This document shows, in pieces, positions 49,173-61,904 of a stretch of 64,000 bases of DNA; position 1 is the first letter of the stretch, and every line of letters starts with the position of its first letter. The notes below the pieces were generated by a model. It did not search any database, was not told where the DNA came from, and saw nothing but the letters and a program-made list of their open reading frames with translations. This stretch comes from Mobula hypostoma (lineage: Eukaryota), in NCBI RefSeq assembly GCF_963921235.1, contig NC_086097.1, forward strand, positions 221,218,001 through 221,282,000, written 5' to 3'. Made by a program: the position numbers and the translations under genes.

Positions 49173-49907
49173 TCATGGAACTCTAACGGTGAAATATGTT
49201 GGTAATAAACTAAAGTGTTCATTACTCAGTTCTAGCACAGCCGCTTTGCTTCAAAACTCAATGTAGGAAAAAGTTTAATTATTTCATTTGTTTATGTTAG
49301 ATAAAAGGTCACACATAGCATTTGGAAAATAAAGGTCCTTTATCAATTTTCTCCTACTGTACAACTACACCCTCCAGCAATAGAAGACCTCACAAAAATG
49401 GATTGCTTGTCTTATCTTATTGTTCCACGAAGGCATATATTGTTGATATTATTGCTTTCAGTGTGCCAGCACAACCATTTGTCATTTAAATAAGGGACAA
49501 TTTAAGACCAAGACTTCAAATCCAGCAGAAAGCTCATGGTCTCTGCCCCTTCTGAATCATGAACTACCTACATCAAGCACTATAGAGATACAATCAACAC
49601 TGTCTCTGTAAAATGTAGGCATGAGAGATTACATTTGCAGGGATCTGGAGCAACTGTAATAGAGGTAGCAGGTCACAAATTGGCCTCATCAGCCACTTTT
49701 GAACTCACAAAACTGAAGAGAAGTCCTCTTTTTCCACAAAGGGCTGCCTCAGAAGGAGAGAAGAAGAAAATTCATGTTTTTCTTATGACCCAAATGGTCG
49801 TGGAGCTGATAGAGCAACTTCAGACTGTTCTTTGCTACCATTGATGTTGCTTGACCTGCTGAGTTTCTCCAGCTTATAGTTCTTTTACATTTATGTACAC
49901 GCATGTG

Positions 49908-49909
<2 letters not shown>

Positions 49910-50001
<92 letters not shown>
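49910..50001. repeat. (TG)n microsatellite, interrupted
   Basis: Read directly. Confidence 0.99.
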
Positions 50002-50625
50002 CCTACCTATGTGCACAGATATATGCTTGTGTCTGTTGGAGAGAACAGTAACATCAGTGGTTCACTGCTCACCTTGACAAATCCTATTTTGTTATGAAAC
50101 TTCTTCCAAAATTATTGAACCACTCTTAAACCATTGAAGAGCAATAAAAACCAGAATGCTAAAAAAAATCTCTAAAATTTGGCAAGAAACTGAAAAGCTG
50201 TCCTTTCTCTGAAGCTGGAAAAAGATATTATTAATAAATATATTAGTAGTGTCTGAAAGCAATATTTGTGCAATAAAGAAGTTGGTAATCAAATTTTGTC
50301 TCTTTTTATTTTCCTGGCACTCTCCTGAGCACAGATGGGAATGGTATAAAAGAAAACAATGGATATTTCAAAACATATCTGAGACAGAATGTTCTCAAAA
50401 GGAATGATAAAATATTCATACTGCAGAGATTAAATGGAAATTGTTTTAAATGTAGAGCTGCCATAACTATCCAACAGTTTCCCTATTGTTAGCATTCAAG
50501 GCTGTGATAGACTTTACCTAGTTCCATGCAACGATCGTTAAATGTTTAAGCAAAATCATAATCATATTAACATATATCTCACAGTTAATAGAACTTCCTC
50601 TAAAAAGAAGTAAGATATTACATTT

Positions 50626-50826
50626 CATAAACACAAGAGATTCTGCAGATGCTGAAGATCCAGAGTAACACACACTAAGTGCTGGAGGAACTCAGCAAGT
50701 AAAGCAGCATTTATGGAAAGGATTAAAGGGTTGACATTTCTGGCCTGAGTCCTAATGAAGAGTCTTGACCCAAAATGTTGGCTCTTTATTCCTTTCCATA
50801 GATGCTGCCTGATCTACTGAGTTCCT
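50626..50826. mobile_element. Old Penelope-like inverted two-arm mini insertion
   Basis: Minus arm about 50628-50748, plus arm about 50748-50826. TSD ATATTACATTT at 50615-50625 and 50827-50837. Confidence 0.82.
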
Positions 50827-51315
50827 ATATTACATTTAAAAGATCAATTCCAGCTGATAATGACATCTTAAACTAGCTCTTTTGGTAGACTGCATAAAAT
50901 GTATACTTGACTCTGGTTAACGGGTGTACTGTAAATTGATTACCTCCACAGTCATTGGGCAGGGTTTCACCTACAGGCCATTCAAAGGTTCTGGAACTGA
51001 TAAGTGAGTCAATTAATTCACTCTTCATAGCTCCTTTGTTTGACAACAGTATTTGTGCTGACGGAAGCCATTCTGAATCAGATTCAGAAAAGCTGTATAA
51101 CAATTTTAATTCCACATTTTGAAAGGTATTGGAAATGATTTCTTGTCTGTTTTAAACTGCATTACTCCTGGAGTCAATGTGGAGGCAAATCCTGACAGAA
51201 GCGGCAATGGTAACGGGCAACTGAACTGGTGCACTATGAAGGAGTTTATTAATAAGAAGCAACAAAGCTGAGATATTTCCAGCTGCAGGAGATAGCAGAA
51301 CTAGGACAGATAAAT

Positions 51316-54008
51316 ACGAGACTTGGTTGGCACCAAGGCAGGAATGGATTCTCAATATTCCTGGATTTCAGTGCTTTAAACAGGATAGAGAGGGGGGAAA
51401 GGGGAGGAGGGGTGGCATTACTGGTCAGGGATACAATTACAGCTACAGAAAGGGTGGGTAATGTAGTAAGATCCTCTTTTGAGTCAGTATGGGTGGAAGT
51501 CAGGAACAGGAAGGGAGCAGTTACTCTATTGGGGGTATTCTATAGGCCCCCTGGTAGCAGCAGAGATACAGAGGAGCAGATTGGGAGGTAGATTTTGGAA
51601 AGGTGCAAAAATAACAGGGTTGTTATCATGGGTGACTTTAACTTCCCTGATATTGATTGGCACCTGATTAGTTCCAAGGGTTTAGATGGGGCAGAGTTTA
51701 TTAAGGGGGTCCAGGACGGATTCCTGTCACAGTATGTGGACAGGCCGACTAGGGGGAATGCCATACTAGATCTAGTACTAGGTAATGAACCGGGTCAGGT
51801 CACAGATCTCTCAGTGGGTGAGCATCTGGGGGACAGTGACAACCGCTCCCTGGCCTTTAGCATTATCATGGAAAAAGACAGAATCAGAGAGGACAGGAAA
51901 ATTTTTAATTGGGGAAGGGCAAATTATGAAGCTATAAGGCTAGAACTTGCGGGTGTGAATTGGGATGATGTTTTTGCAGGGAAATGTATTATGAACATGT
52001 GGTCGATGTTTAGAGATTTCTTTCAGGATGTTAGGGATAAATTTGTCCCGGTGAGGAAGATAAAGGATGGTAGGGTGAAGGAACCATGGGTGACAAGTGA
52101 GGTGGAAAATATAGTCAGGTGGAAGAAGGCAGCATACATGAGGTTTAGGAAGCAAGGATCAGTTGGGTCTATTGAGGACAATAGGGAAGCAAGAAAGAAG
52201 CTTAAGAAAGGGCTGAGAAGAGCAAGAAGGGGGCATGAGAAGGCCTTGGCTAGTAGGGTAAAGGAAAACACCAAGGTGTTCTTCAATTATGTGAAGAAAA
52301 AAAGGATGACAGGAGTGAAGGCAGGACCGATTAGAGATAAAGGTGGGAAGATGTGCCTGGAGGCTGTGGAAGTGAGCGAGGTCCTCAATGAATACTTCTC
52401 TTCGGTATTTACCAATGAGAGGGAACTTGGTGATGGTGAGGACAATATGAGTGAGGTTGATGTTCTGGAGCATGTTGATATTAAGGGAGAGGAGGTGTTG
52501 AAGTTGTTAAAATACATTAGGACTGTAAGTCCCCGGGGCCTGACGGAATATTCCCCAGGCTGCTCCACAAGGCAAGGGAAGAGATTGCTGAGATTGCTGA
52601 GCCTCTGGCTAGGATCTTTATGTCCTCGTTGTCCACGGGAATGGTACCGCAGGATTGGAAGGAGGCGAATGTTGTCCCCTTGTTCAAAAAAGGTAGTAGG
52701 GATAGTCCGGGTAATTACAGACCAGTGAGCCTTACGTCTGTGGTGGGAAAGCTGTTGGAGAAGATTCTTGGAGATAGGATCTATGGGCATTTAGAGAATC
52801 ATGGTCTAATCAAGGACAGTCAGCATGGCTTTGTGAAGGACAGATCGTGCCTAACAAGCCTGATAGAGTTCTTTGAGGAGGTGACCAGGCATATAGATGA
52901 GGGTAGTGCAGTGGATGTGATCTATATGGATTTTAGTAAGGCATTTGACAAGGCTCCACACGGTAGGCTTATTCAGAAAGTCAGAAGGTATGGGATCCAG
53001 GGAAGTTTGGCCAGGTGGATTCAGAATTGGCTTGCCTGCAGAAGGCAGAGGGTGGTGGTGGAGGGAGTACATTCAGATTGGAGGATTGTGACTAGTGGTA
53101 TCCCACAAGGATCTGTTCTGGGACCTCTACTTTTCGTGATTTTTATTAACGACCTGGATGTGGGAGTAGAAGTGTCGGTTGGCAAGTTTGCAGACAACAC
53201 AAAGGTTGGTGGTGTTGTAGATAGTGTAGAGAATTGTCGAAAATTGCAAAGAGACATTGATAGGATGCAGAAGTGGGCAGAGAAGTGGCAGATGGAGTTC
53301 AACCCGGAGAAGTGTGAGGTGATACACTTTGGAAGGACAAACTCCAAGGCAGAGTACAAAGTAAATGGCAGGATACTTGGTAGTGTGGAGGAGCAGAGTG
53401 ATCTGGGGGTACATGTCCACAGATCCCTGAAAGTTGCCTCACAGGTAGATAGTGTAGTTAAGAAAGCTTATGGGGTGTTAGCTTTCATAAGTCGAGGGAT
53501 AGAGTTTAAGAGTCGCAATGTAATGATGCAGCTCTATAAAACTCTGGTTAGGCCACACTTGGAGTACTGTGTCCAGTTCTGGTCACCTCACTAGACGAAG
53601 GATGTGGAAGCATTGGAAACGGTACAGAGGATATTTACCAGGATGCTGCATGGTTTAGAGAGTATGCATTATGATCAGAGATTAAGGGAGCTAGGGCTTT
53701 ACTCTTTGGAGAGAAGGAGGATGAGAGGAGACATGATAGAGGTGCATAAGTTAATAAGAGGAATAGATAGAGTGGATAGACAGTGCCTCTTCCACAGGAC
53801 ACCACTGCTCAATACAAGGGGACATGGCTTTAAGGTAAGGGGTGGGAAGTTCAAGGGGGATATTAGAGGAAGGTTTTTTACTCAGAGAGTGGTTGATGCG
53901 TGGAATGCACTGCCTGAGTCAGTGGTGGAGGCAGATACACTCGTGAAGTTTAAGAGACCACTAGACAGGTATATGGAGGAATTTAAGGTGGGGGGTTATA
54001 TGGGAGGG
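51316..54008 (+). mobile_element. CR1 LINE, nearly complete ORF2 (APE endonuclease plus RT), inactivated
   Basis: ETWL, GGGVAL, YRPP, MGDFNFPDIDW, ILDLVL, SD, NYRPVSLTS, QHGF, DFSKAFDK, PQGSVLGP, KFADN. Frameshifts near 52525-52600 and a stop at 53592-53594. 3' UTR tail absent. Confidence 0.97.
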
Positions 54009-54290
54009 AGGGAGGGAGGACTCTGGTTAGAGTAGTATCTGGCAACATAGTTATTGTTGTGAACCTAAACAAGTATCTGAGGGAAAGGGGAATAGAAGGA
54101 AAACCATGTTGCTGGAATTAAATTGGTAAATTAAATCTGTAAATTACTTCATTATTGTCAAATGCACCCAGATACAGAAAAAAAACTTGCCTTGCATACT
54201 CATGAGGAAATCTGCAAATGTATGTGTTGTATACTGTTCATACAGATGAATTCATTACAACAGAGCATTGAGATAGTACAAAATAAAAAT

Positions 54291-54575
54291 GGGGTGGTGC
54301 AGTGGCATAGTGGTCAACACAGGGCATTACAGTACCAGCAACTTGGGTTCAATTCCTGCTGCTATTTCTAATGAGTTTGTACTTTCTCCCCATGTTTGCA
54401 TGGGTTTCCTTTGGGTGCTGTGATTTTTACCCACAGTCCAAAGACGTACAGGTTGGTAGGTTAATTGGTTATTGTAAACTGTCCCATGATTAGTCTAGGA
54501 TTAAGTTGGAGATTGCTGGGTGGTGCAGCTCAAAGGGCTGGAAGGCCTACTCCATGTTGTACATCAATAAATAAA
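54291..54575 (+). mobile_element. tRNA-derived V-SINE-like element
   Basis: A-box TGGCATAGTGG, B-box GGTTCAATTCC, CCCACAGTCCAAAGACGTAC motif, (AATA)n tail. Confidence 0.85.
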
Positions 54576-55330
54576 TTAGCAAACCAGTAACAGAATACAC
54601 AATGAAGAAAGTGCAGTGCAGGTAGACAATAAAGTGCAAGATCATATAACAAGGTGGATTTTGAAGTCAGGAGTTCATTTTATTGTACTAGGCTTTCAAT
54701 TGTACCCTTTCAATTGTCTTATAACAGCAGGATAGAAGCTGTCCTTGGGCCTGGAGGAACTTGTTTTCAGGCTTTTGTATCTTCTGCCCCATGGGATGGG
54801 TAAAAGAGAGAATTGGTGGGGTCTTTGATAACGTTGACTGCATTGCCGATGCAGTTAGATCTCGCTGCCACCACCAAAGTCTCATCAGGTATGAAGTGCT
54901 GGTAGCGTATGCTGTTTACTTTTAGACTTGTGTCATAAATGCATCTTATTATTTGTTAATTTATTTGCAGTAATATTACCTTATGTGTTGTGTGTGATTT
55001 ATATGTACTGTGTTGTGTACCTTAGTCTGGCGGGATGTTTATTCATTTGGATGTATATAGCTGAATGACAATAAACTTGAACTTGAATTTGAGATGCAGA
55101 TTTTAGTGGTGTGCTGTGTCCACAACTCTCTGCAGTTTCTTGTGGTCACGGGCAGAGCAGTTGCCATACCAAGTCATGATGCACTTGGATAGGATGCTTT
55201 TTCTAGTGTACCCATAAAAATTTGTGACAGTCAAAAGACACGTACCAGATCTCTTTATCTTCCTGAGGCTAGTGAGCTCCATTAGTCACGTTGTCCACAT
55301 GGTTGGACTGGGAAAGGTTATTGGTGATGC

Positions 55331-56112
55331 TAAAATAGGAAAACAGATTATTATCTGAATGGTGGCCGATTAGGAAAAGGGGAGGTGCAACGAGACCTGG
55401 GTGTCATTATACACCAGTCATTGAAAGTGGGCATGCAGGTACAGCAGGCGGTGAAAAAGGCGAATGGTATGCTGGCATTTATAGCGAGAGGATTCGAGTA
55501 CAGGAGCAGGGAGGTACTACTGCAGTTGTACAAGGCCTTGGTGAGACCACACCTGGAGTATTGTGTGCAGTTTTGGTCCCCTAATCTGAGGAAAGACATC
55601 CTTGCCATAGAGGGAGTACAAAGAAGGTTCACCAGATTGATTCCTGGGATGGCAGGACTTTCATATGAAGAAAGACTGGATGAACTGGGCTTGTACTCGT
55701 TGGAATTTAGAAGATTGAGGGGGGATCTGATTGAAACGTATAAAATCCTAAAGAGATTGGACAGGCTAGATGCAGGAAGATTGTTCCCGATGTTGGGGAA
55801 GTCCAGAACGAGGGGTCACAGTTTGAGGATAAAGGGGAAGCCTTTTAGGACCGAGATTAGGAAAAACTTCTTCACACAGAGAGTGGTGAATCTGTGGAAT
55901 TCTCTGCCACAGGAAACAGTTGAGGCCAGTTCATTGGCTATATTTAAGAGGGAGTTAGATATGGCCCTTGTGGCTATGGGGATCAGGGTGTATGGAGGGA
56001 AAACTGGGGCAGGGTTCTGAGTTGGATGATCAGCCATGATCATAATAAATGGCGGTGCAGGTTTGAAGGGCTGAACGGCCTACTCCTGCACTTATTTTCT
56101 ATGTTTCTATGT
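55331..56112 (+). mobile_element. CR1 LINE 3' fragment, young
   Basis: Open 211 aa ORF QRDLGV...KKANGMLAFI...LVRPHLEYCVQFWSP. (TTTCTATG)n tail. Confidence 0.96.
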
Positions 56113-56543
56113 AACTCCTAGGAGATTGAAGTTCTCACTCCTCTTGTCATCAGTGTCATTGATGAATACAGGAGCATGTGCACCACCCTACTTCCCGAAG
56201 GCAATGAACAGCTCTTCTGTTTTGCTGACACTGAGGGCTAGGCTGTTGTCATGACACCATGTCACAATGTTTTCCACCTCCTTCCTACCACTATGGTGGT
56301 ATCATCTGCAAACACGTAGATGGAGGTAGAGCAGAATCTGGCCATACAGTCTGAGAGTACAGGGACTAGATTAATAGGCTGAGGACACAGCCTTGTGGGG
56401 CACCAGTGTTGACAATAACCATGGTAGGGATTTTGCTGCCTAATCTTACTGATCTGCTGTTGGTCAGGAAGTCAAGGACCTAGTTGCAAAGGGAGGTGTT
56501 AAATCCCAGGTCTGGGAGTTTGGCAATTATTTTCCTTGGAATT

Positions 56544-57062
56544 TATCAGGACGCTGGAGCAGGGATCCAATCGTAGACCCAGTACTGTGCACACAGTGAT
56601 ATTAATTGAGTAATAAATCCTGAGGTGCAAACAAAGTCAGCATCAAAGTTCAAGCAGAGATCAAAACATCCAGAGAAATCCAAAAACCAGAATCAGGAAA
56701 CAGCCAGAGTCAATATTCAGATGGATAGAGTACAGATACAAATGCTGGAAAGGCTCAGGAAAATTCACTGGCACAATCTGGCAACAAACAGGTGAAAACA
56801 CAGGACTGAAATACACTGAGCAATAAACAGAGAGGCAGATGATAGGTGGAGCACAATGAGACACAGGTGGCAGCAAGACAGGTGACAATGAGAAACAGGT
56901 GAGAGGCGGAGTACTCAGTAATACAGGGGCTGGAGAAGAGCAGGAGCGGGGACAGGAACACATGGGGCATGAAAATAAACAAGAGCACATGGCAATACAA
57001 AACCACAGACTGACGGCTAGGGGGAAGCACACAAAAAGACAGTTCAACTGGAGGTACTGACA
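56544..57062 (-). mobile_element. Solo LTR (Gypsy-type)
   Basis: Termini TATCAG(G)...CTGACA (a TGTCAG..CTGACA inverted pair with one change). 5 bp TSD GAATT at 56539-56543 and 57063-57067. The host LINE rejoins across it. Confidence 0.85.
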
Positions 57063-57593
57063 GAATTATAGTATTGAACATGATGCTGTAGTCAAGAAAT
57101 AATAGGGTAACATAGATGTTCCCTGCTCCAGAGGTAAGTGCAGAGCCAGGGAGTTGCATCTGCTACAGACTTGTTTAGAACTGCAGTGGGTCGGTGTTGT
57201 CTGGAAGTTTGGAGTTAACGTGTGTCATGACCATCTCTTAAAACACTTCATGATGGTAAATTTTTAAGCCACTGGATGGTAGTCATTAAGGCATGTTACC
57301 TTGTTTTCCTTAGGTAACGGAATGAATGTGGTCTTCTAAAAGCAGGTGGGAACCTCAGATTGAAACAGGGAGAGGTTAAAAACATCTGAGGATGTCCTGG
57401 GAGGAGACTGAAGTAGAACAAATTCGCATAGATACCTGAAACAGAGTTGACAAAAGTTTCAGTATATATGCTGTAAACTTTATGTCGTGCCACAATACTG
57501 TAACAAAATGACAGTCATGGATTAAATGGAATACAAAACACCCTTCATTAAATATTGTGTTGCAATTGATAAAGGATTTGTCCTAAAATAAGT

Positions 57594-58168
57594 CCATAGA
57601 ACCATAGAAACTACAGCACAGAAACAGGCCCTTTGGCCCTTCTTGGCTGTGCTGAACCATTTTCTGCCTAGTCCCACTGACCTGCACACGGACCATATCC
57701 CTCCATACACCTCCCATCCATGTATCTGTCCAATTTATTCTTAAATGTTAAAAAAGAACCCACATTTACCACCTCGTCTGGCAGCTCATTCCACACTCCC
57801 ACCACTCTCTGTGTGAAGAAGCCCCCCCCCAATGTTCCCTTTAAACTTTTCCCCCCTCACCCTTAACCCATGTCCTCTGGTTTTTTTCTCCCCTTGCCTC
57901 AGTGGAAAAAGCCTGCTTGCATTCACTCTATCTATACCCATCATAATTTTATATACCTCTATCAAATCTCCCATCATTCTTCTACGCTCCAGGGAATAAA
58001 GTACTAACCTATTCAGCCTTTCTCTGTAACTGAGTTTCTCAAGTCCCGGCAACATCCTTGTAAACCTTCTCTGCACTCTTTCAACCTTATTTATATCCTT
58101 CCTGTAATTTGGTGACCAAAACTGAACACAATACTCCAGATTCGGCCTCACCAATGCCTTATACAACC
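57594..58168 (-). mobile_element. CR1 LINE 3' fragment
   Basis: LYKALVRPNLEYCVQFWSPNYRKDINKVERVQRRFTRMLPG. (TTTCTATGG)-type tail. Confidence 0.95.
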
Positions 58169-59195
58169 ATTGAAACATTAACTTTGTCGCTTTACCATAA
58201 ATACTGTCAGACCCATTAAACATTACCACCTCTTTCTGATTTTATTTCATTTTCAGTTTTATTTTACTTTGCTTCATCACAAACTTTGTTTTTCCTGATC
58301 ATGCACAATCACGAATTGTTGGTACGATGCAGAATCAGTGGCAAAATAATAAAATGCTTTTAAAATAGTTGCGTGTGTTTTTCATTGGTTGTTAATGAAA
58401 TATATTTCCAGTGTCTTAATTTGTTTGCTGAGTAAAAGTATTGCAGATAATCTTTTACTGATAAATTTGCTGAAACAGAGTGAAAAAAGATAATTATCAG
58501 GTTCTGGGAAAGGGAAAAATATTCGTTTATTTCAAAATTATATGCAGTTCAATTTCTTTTAAGAAAATGGCATAAATTACTTTGGGTGTTTTCTGCTTTG
58601 ATTTTTACCTTCCCTCTGGGGCTACTTTTGAAGCTCTTTAATCCTCTCTTTATTTCCTTTCAAGTAGATAATCTCATTTGAGATTTTATCATTCTTTATC
58701 TAGAGAAGATGATGAGAGTTTTGATTTTACTCGTTATACCAACATGTTCAAAGTGAAATCTTGTTTTAAAAATTAAATAATTTAAATCGATTTTAGGGAT
58801 TGGCTTCTGAGGAAGAGTTTGTGGGAGGTGGGAGCACAGAAGTAGTCCAAGTACTTGCAGTAAATATATTCACATTAGCACAGGATGATAGTTGGCCTTG
58901 CTTCAGGCAACACTTTCAGTAATGAAGAACAGAAAAGTTGCCTGTGTCACCAAGTAATGATGATGCTCCCTTCTATTATTTCATGATTCACCAAGGGCAA
59001 TCCCTTTGGAGGTTTTCTGAAGATGGTAATAATCTTAAGGAAAAGAATTTGCAGGACCATGGCAAGAGAGCTGGGGAGTGGAATTTGATAGGTTGCTCAT
59101 ATGGAGCTGGCACAGATCATAATCCCTCTATCTGTGCTGTAGCCATTCTGTGATTCTTCTCTGTGCTCTCAGCTATGGAGATGGTTTAGTTGGTC

Positions 59196-60151
59196 AGGGC
59201 ACCACAGTGGTGTAGCAGCTAGCGGGACACTATTACAGCTTGGGACATTGGAGTTCGGAGTTCAATTCCGGTGCTGTCTGCCTGTGAGCCCGTGTGGGTT
59301 TCCTCTGGGTGCTCTGGTTTAGATTTTTTAGATTAGATTATGAGGACACTCAATCCTCGTTTATTATCATTTAGAAATGCATGCATGCATTAAGAAGTGA
59401 TACAATGTTCCTCCAGAATGATATTACAAAGAAACAGGACAAACCAAAGACTAACACTGACAAGACCACATAATTAAAACATATAGTTACAGCAGTGCAA
59501 AGCAATACCATAATTTGATAAAGAGCAGACCATGGGAACGGTAAAAAAAAGTCTCAAAGTTCCGATCCACTCCCGATAGTCCCCGATAGCAGGCGGCAGA
59601 AGGGAGAAACTCTCTCTGTCATAAACCTCCAGGCACCGACAACTGTCAATGCATTGGAAGCACCGACCATAGCCGACTCTGAGTCAGTCTGAAAACTTCG
59701 AGCCTCCGACCAGTCCTTCGACACCGAGCACCGAGCACCACCTCTGCCGAGCACCTCGACCCCGTCCCGGCCGCCGAGCAACAAGCAAAACCGAGGATTT
59801 GGGGCCTTCCCCTCCGGAGATTTCGGATCACACGGTAACAGCGGCAGCGAAAAAGGCATTTCAGAAGTTTCTCCAGACGTTCGTCTGTTCTCTCACATTT
59901 GTCTCCATCAAATCAGGATTGTGCACGGCACCCTACCTGACAGATTACAGATATCATTCACCGGAGTGGCCGTGCAAACTGCGTCGCGCCACCATCTTCT
60001 CCCACAGTCCAAAGACATATCAGTTATGAGGTTAATTGGTCACTGTAAATTGTCCTGTGATTAGTCTAGGATTAAGTAGGTTGGTTGCTGGGTGGTGCGG
60101 CTCATTGGGCCTACGGAGTCTTTTCCTCGTTATATCTCTAAATAAAATAAA
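59196..60151 (+). mobile_element. V-SINE-like element split by an insertion
   Basis: Head TGGTGTAGC..GAGTTCAATTCC and GGGTTTCCTCTGGGTGCTCTGGTTT up to 59320. Resumes as CCCACAGTCCAAAGAC at 60001. AATAAA tail. Confidence 0.8.
59319..60002 (-). mobile_element. Short non-autonomous non-LTR element, copy 2
   Basis: Reverse complement starts GGAGAAGATGGTGGCGCGACG and ends AATAAA..(TAATC)n. Co-linear with 2624-3310. Confidence 0.8.
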
Positions 60152-60269
60152 CAGCTTTACTCTAGTTGGAACCTTCCTCTCTGCTTATGATGGGAGCAAC
60201 AGGAGGTTTGCCCTATTTTTGATTAGAAAAAAAATTGTTTTTATCCTTTCTGAGCAGCTGCTCTGTAGA

Positions 60270-60810
60270 CTAGAGTCATGAAGTCATAGAGTACTACAAC
60301 ACAGAAACATGCCTTTCAGCCCATCTAGTCCGTGGTGAACTGTTATTCTGCCTAGTACCATCAACCTGAACCCGGATCATAGCCTTCCACATCCTTCCCA
60401 TCCATGTACTTAGCAAAACAAACCTGCATCCAACACTTCTGCCAGCAGCTTTTTGCACACTTTCTCTACCCTTTGACTTAGGTTCCCCCTTAAACGTTTC
60501 ACCTTTATATGACAAAATAGTATTTTGTACAAAGGATGTTGTGCATAATGTAGAGGGTTGTCTGAGGTTACAACAGGACGTTGACAGGATTCAAGGCTGG
60601 GCTGAGAAGTTGCAGATGGTGTCTAATCCAGTAAAGTGTGTGGTGATTCACTTTAGAAGATTGGACGTGAAGGTAGATTACCAAGTTAGTGGCAGTATTT
60701 TAGCAGTGTGGAGGAACGAAGGATCTTCCAATCAAAGTCCATGGATCCCTCAAAGTTACTAAGCAATTTGATAGGGTTGTTAACAAGTCGTATGATGTAC
60801 TGGGCTTTGT
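60270..60810. mobile_element. Old CR1 fragments (3' UTR on minus 60270-60510; RT piece on plus 60530-60810)
   Basis: LQQDVDRIQGWAEKLQM..NP.KC.VIHF on plus; CR1 3' UTR motifs on minus. Confidence 0.72.
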
Positions 60811-61692
60811 TCAAAATTCAAAGAAGTAACTATATGCCACCACATACAGCCCTGAGATTCATTTTCTTGCAGGCATACACATTAAATCCAAGAAGCATAA
60901 TAGAATCAATACAAGAGAACACCAAACTGGACGGACAAAACACTAATGTGCAAAAGATAACAAATTGCAAATACAAAAGACAAAAATATAGTAATAATAA
61001 ATAGATAAGCAATAAATATTGAGAACATGAGACTGAGAGTCCCTGAAAGTGAGTCCATAGGTTGTGGGAACAGTTCAGGGATGGGGTGAGTGAAGTTATC
61101 CCCTTTGGTTCACGAACCTGATTGTTGAGGGGTAATAACTGTTCCTGAACCTGGTGCTGTGGGTCCTGAGGCTCCTGTACCTCCTTCCTGATGGCAACAA
61201 CGAGAAGAGAGCATGGCCTGATAGCAGGCGGGTGTCCTTGATGATGGAAACTGCTTTCCTGCAATAATGCTCCATGAAGATGGGCTCAATGGTGGAGAGC
61301 GCTTTATCCGTGCTGGACTGGCCCGTATCTAATAATTTTTGTTGGATTTTTCATTCAAGGGCATTGGTGTTTCCATACCAGGCCGTGATGCAGCCAATCA
61401 ATAGACAGTATCTCATCTATAGAATTTTGTCAAAGTTTTAATGGCATGCAAAATCTTTGCAAAATTTCTAAAGTAGAGGCACTGCTGTGATTTCTTTGTC
61501 ATTGCCCTTACGTGCTGGCCCCAGAGCAGGTCCTCTGAAATGATAACACCGAGGAATTTAAAGTTCCTGATCCCCCAATGAGGACTGGCTCATGCACCTC
61601 TGGTTTCCTCCTCCTGAAGTCAATAATCAGCTCCTTGTTCTTGCTGACATCGAGTGAGGGGTTGTTGTGGCACCACTCAACCAGATTACCAA
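60808..61692 (-). mobile_element. Rex1/Babar-like 3' fragment
   Basis: NLVEWC.NN..LDVSK.KELIIDFRR, FKFLGV, HALFSLLPSGRRY, RFRNSY. (TTTGAA) tail. Confidence 0.85.
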
Positions 61693-61904
61693 TTCGTTGA
61701 ACTAACCCATGCCACAAAGACTTAGTGCCTGCTCTTATAGTATGACATATTTCCACCTTTATCTATCTGGAACTTAAAGATAGTTATGAGTCTTGCAGCA
61801 CACTGAACCTCCATTGCATTGTCCAGACCCAACTAGAAAAAGACAACTTATGTGACCACACACACTCGGAAAGATAAGAGATATCCAGACAATTAATTTT
61901 CTGG

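Larger units (their letters stand above)
54580..57395 (-). mobile_element. Old Rex1/Babar-like LINE hosting three insertions
   Basis: Minus-strand motifs YVTLLFLDYSIMFNTI, FADDTT, FYGYT and HPMGQK..KDSFYPA. Interrupted at about 54860-55092, 55331-56112 and 56544-57062. Confidence 0.75.

Noticed and set aside
51595..54035. Active CR1 or domesticated RT
   Set aside because: Split by frameshifts and a stop, FADD reads FADN, and ORF1 and the 3' tail are absent.
28789..56112. Two near-identical inverted CR1 copies with similar 5' ends as a segmental inversion or duplication
   Set aside because: Flanks are unrelated and truncation points differ; they fit independent insertions of one young family.
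58170..58230. IYGKATKL peptide resembling an antigen-receptor J segment (FGXGT)
   Set aside because: The motif is imperfect, no heptamer/nonamer RSS is visible upstream, and there is no splice donor; it abuts a CR1 truncation.
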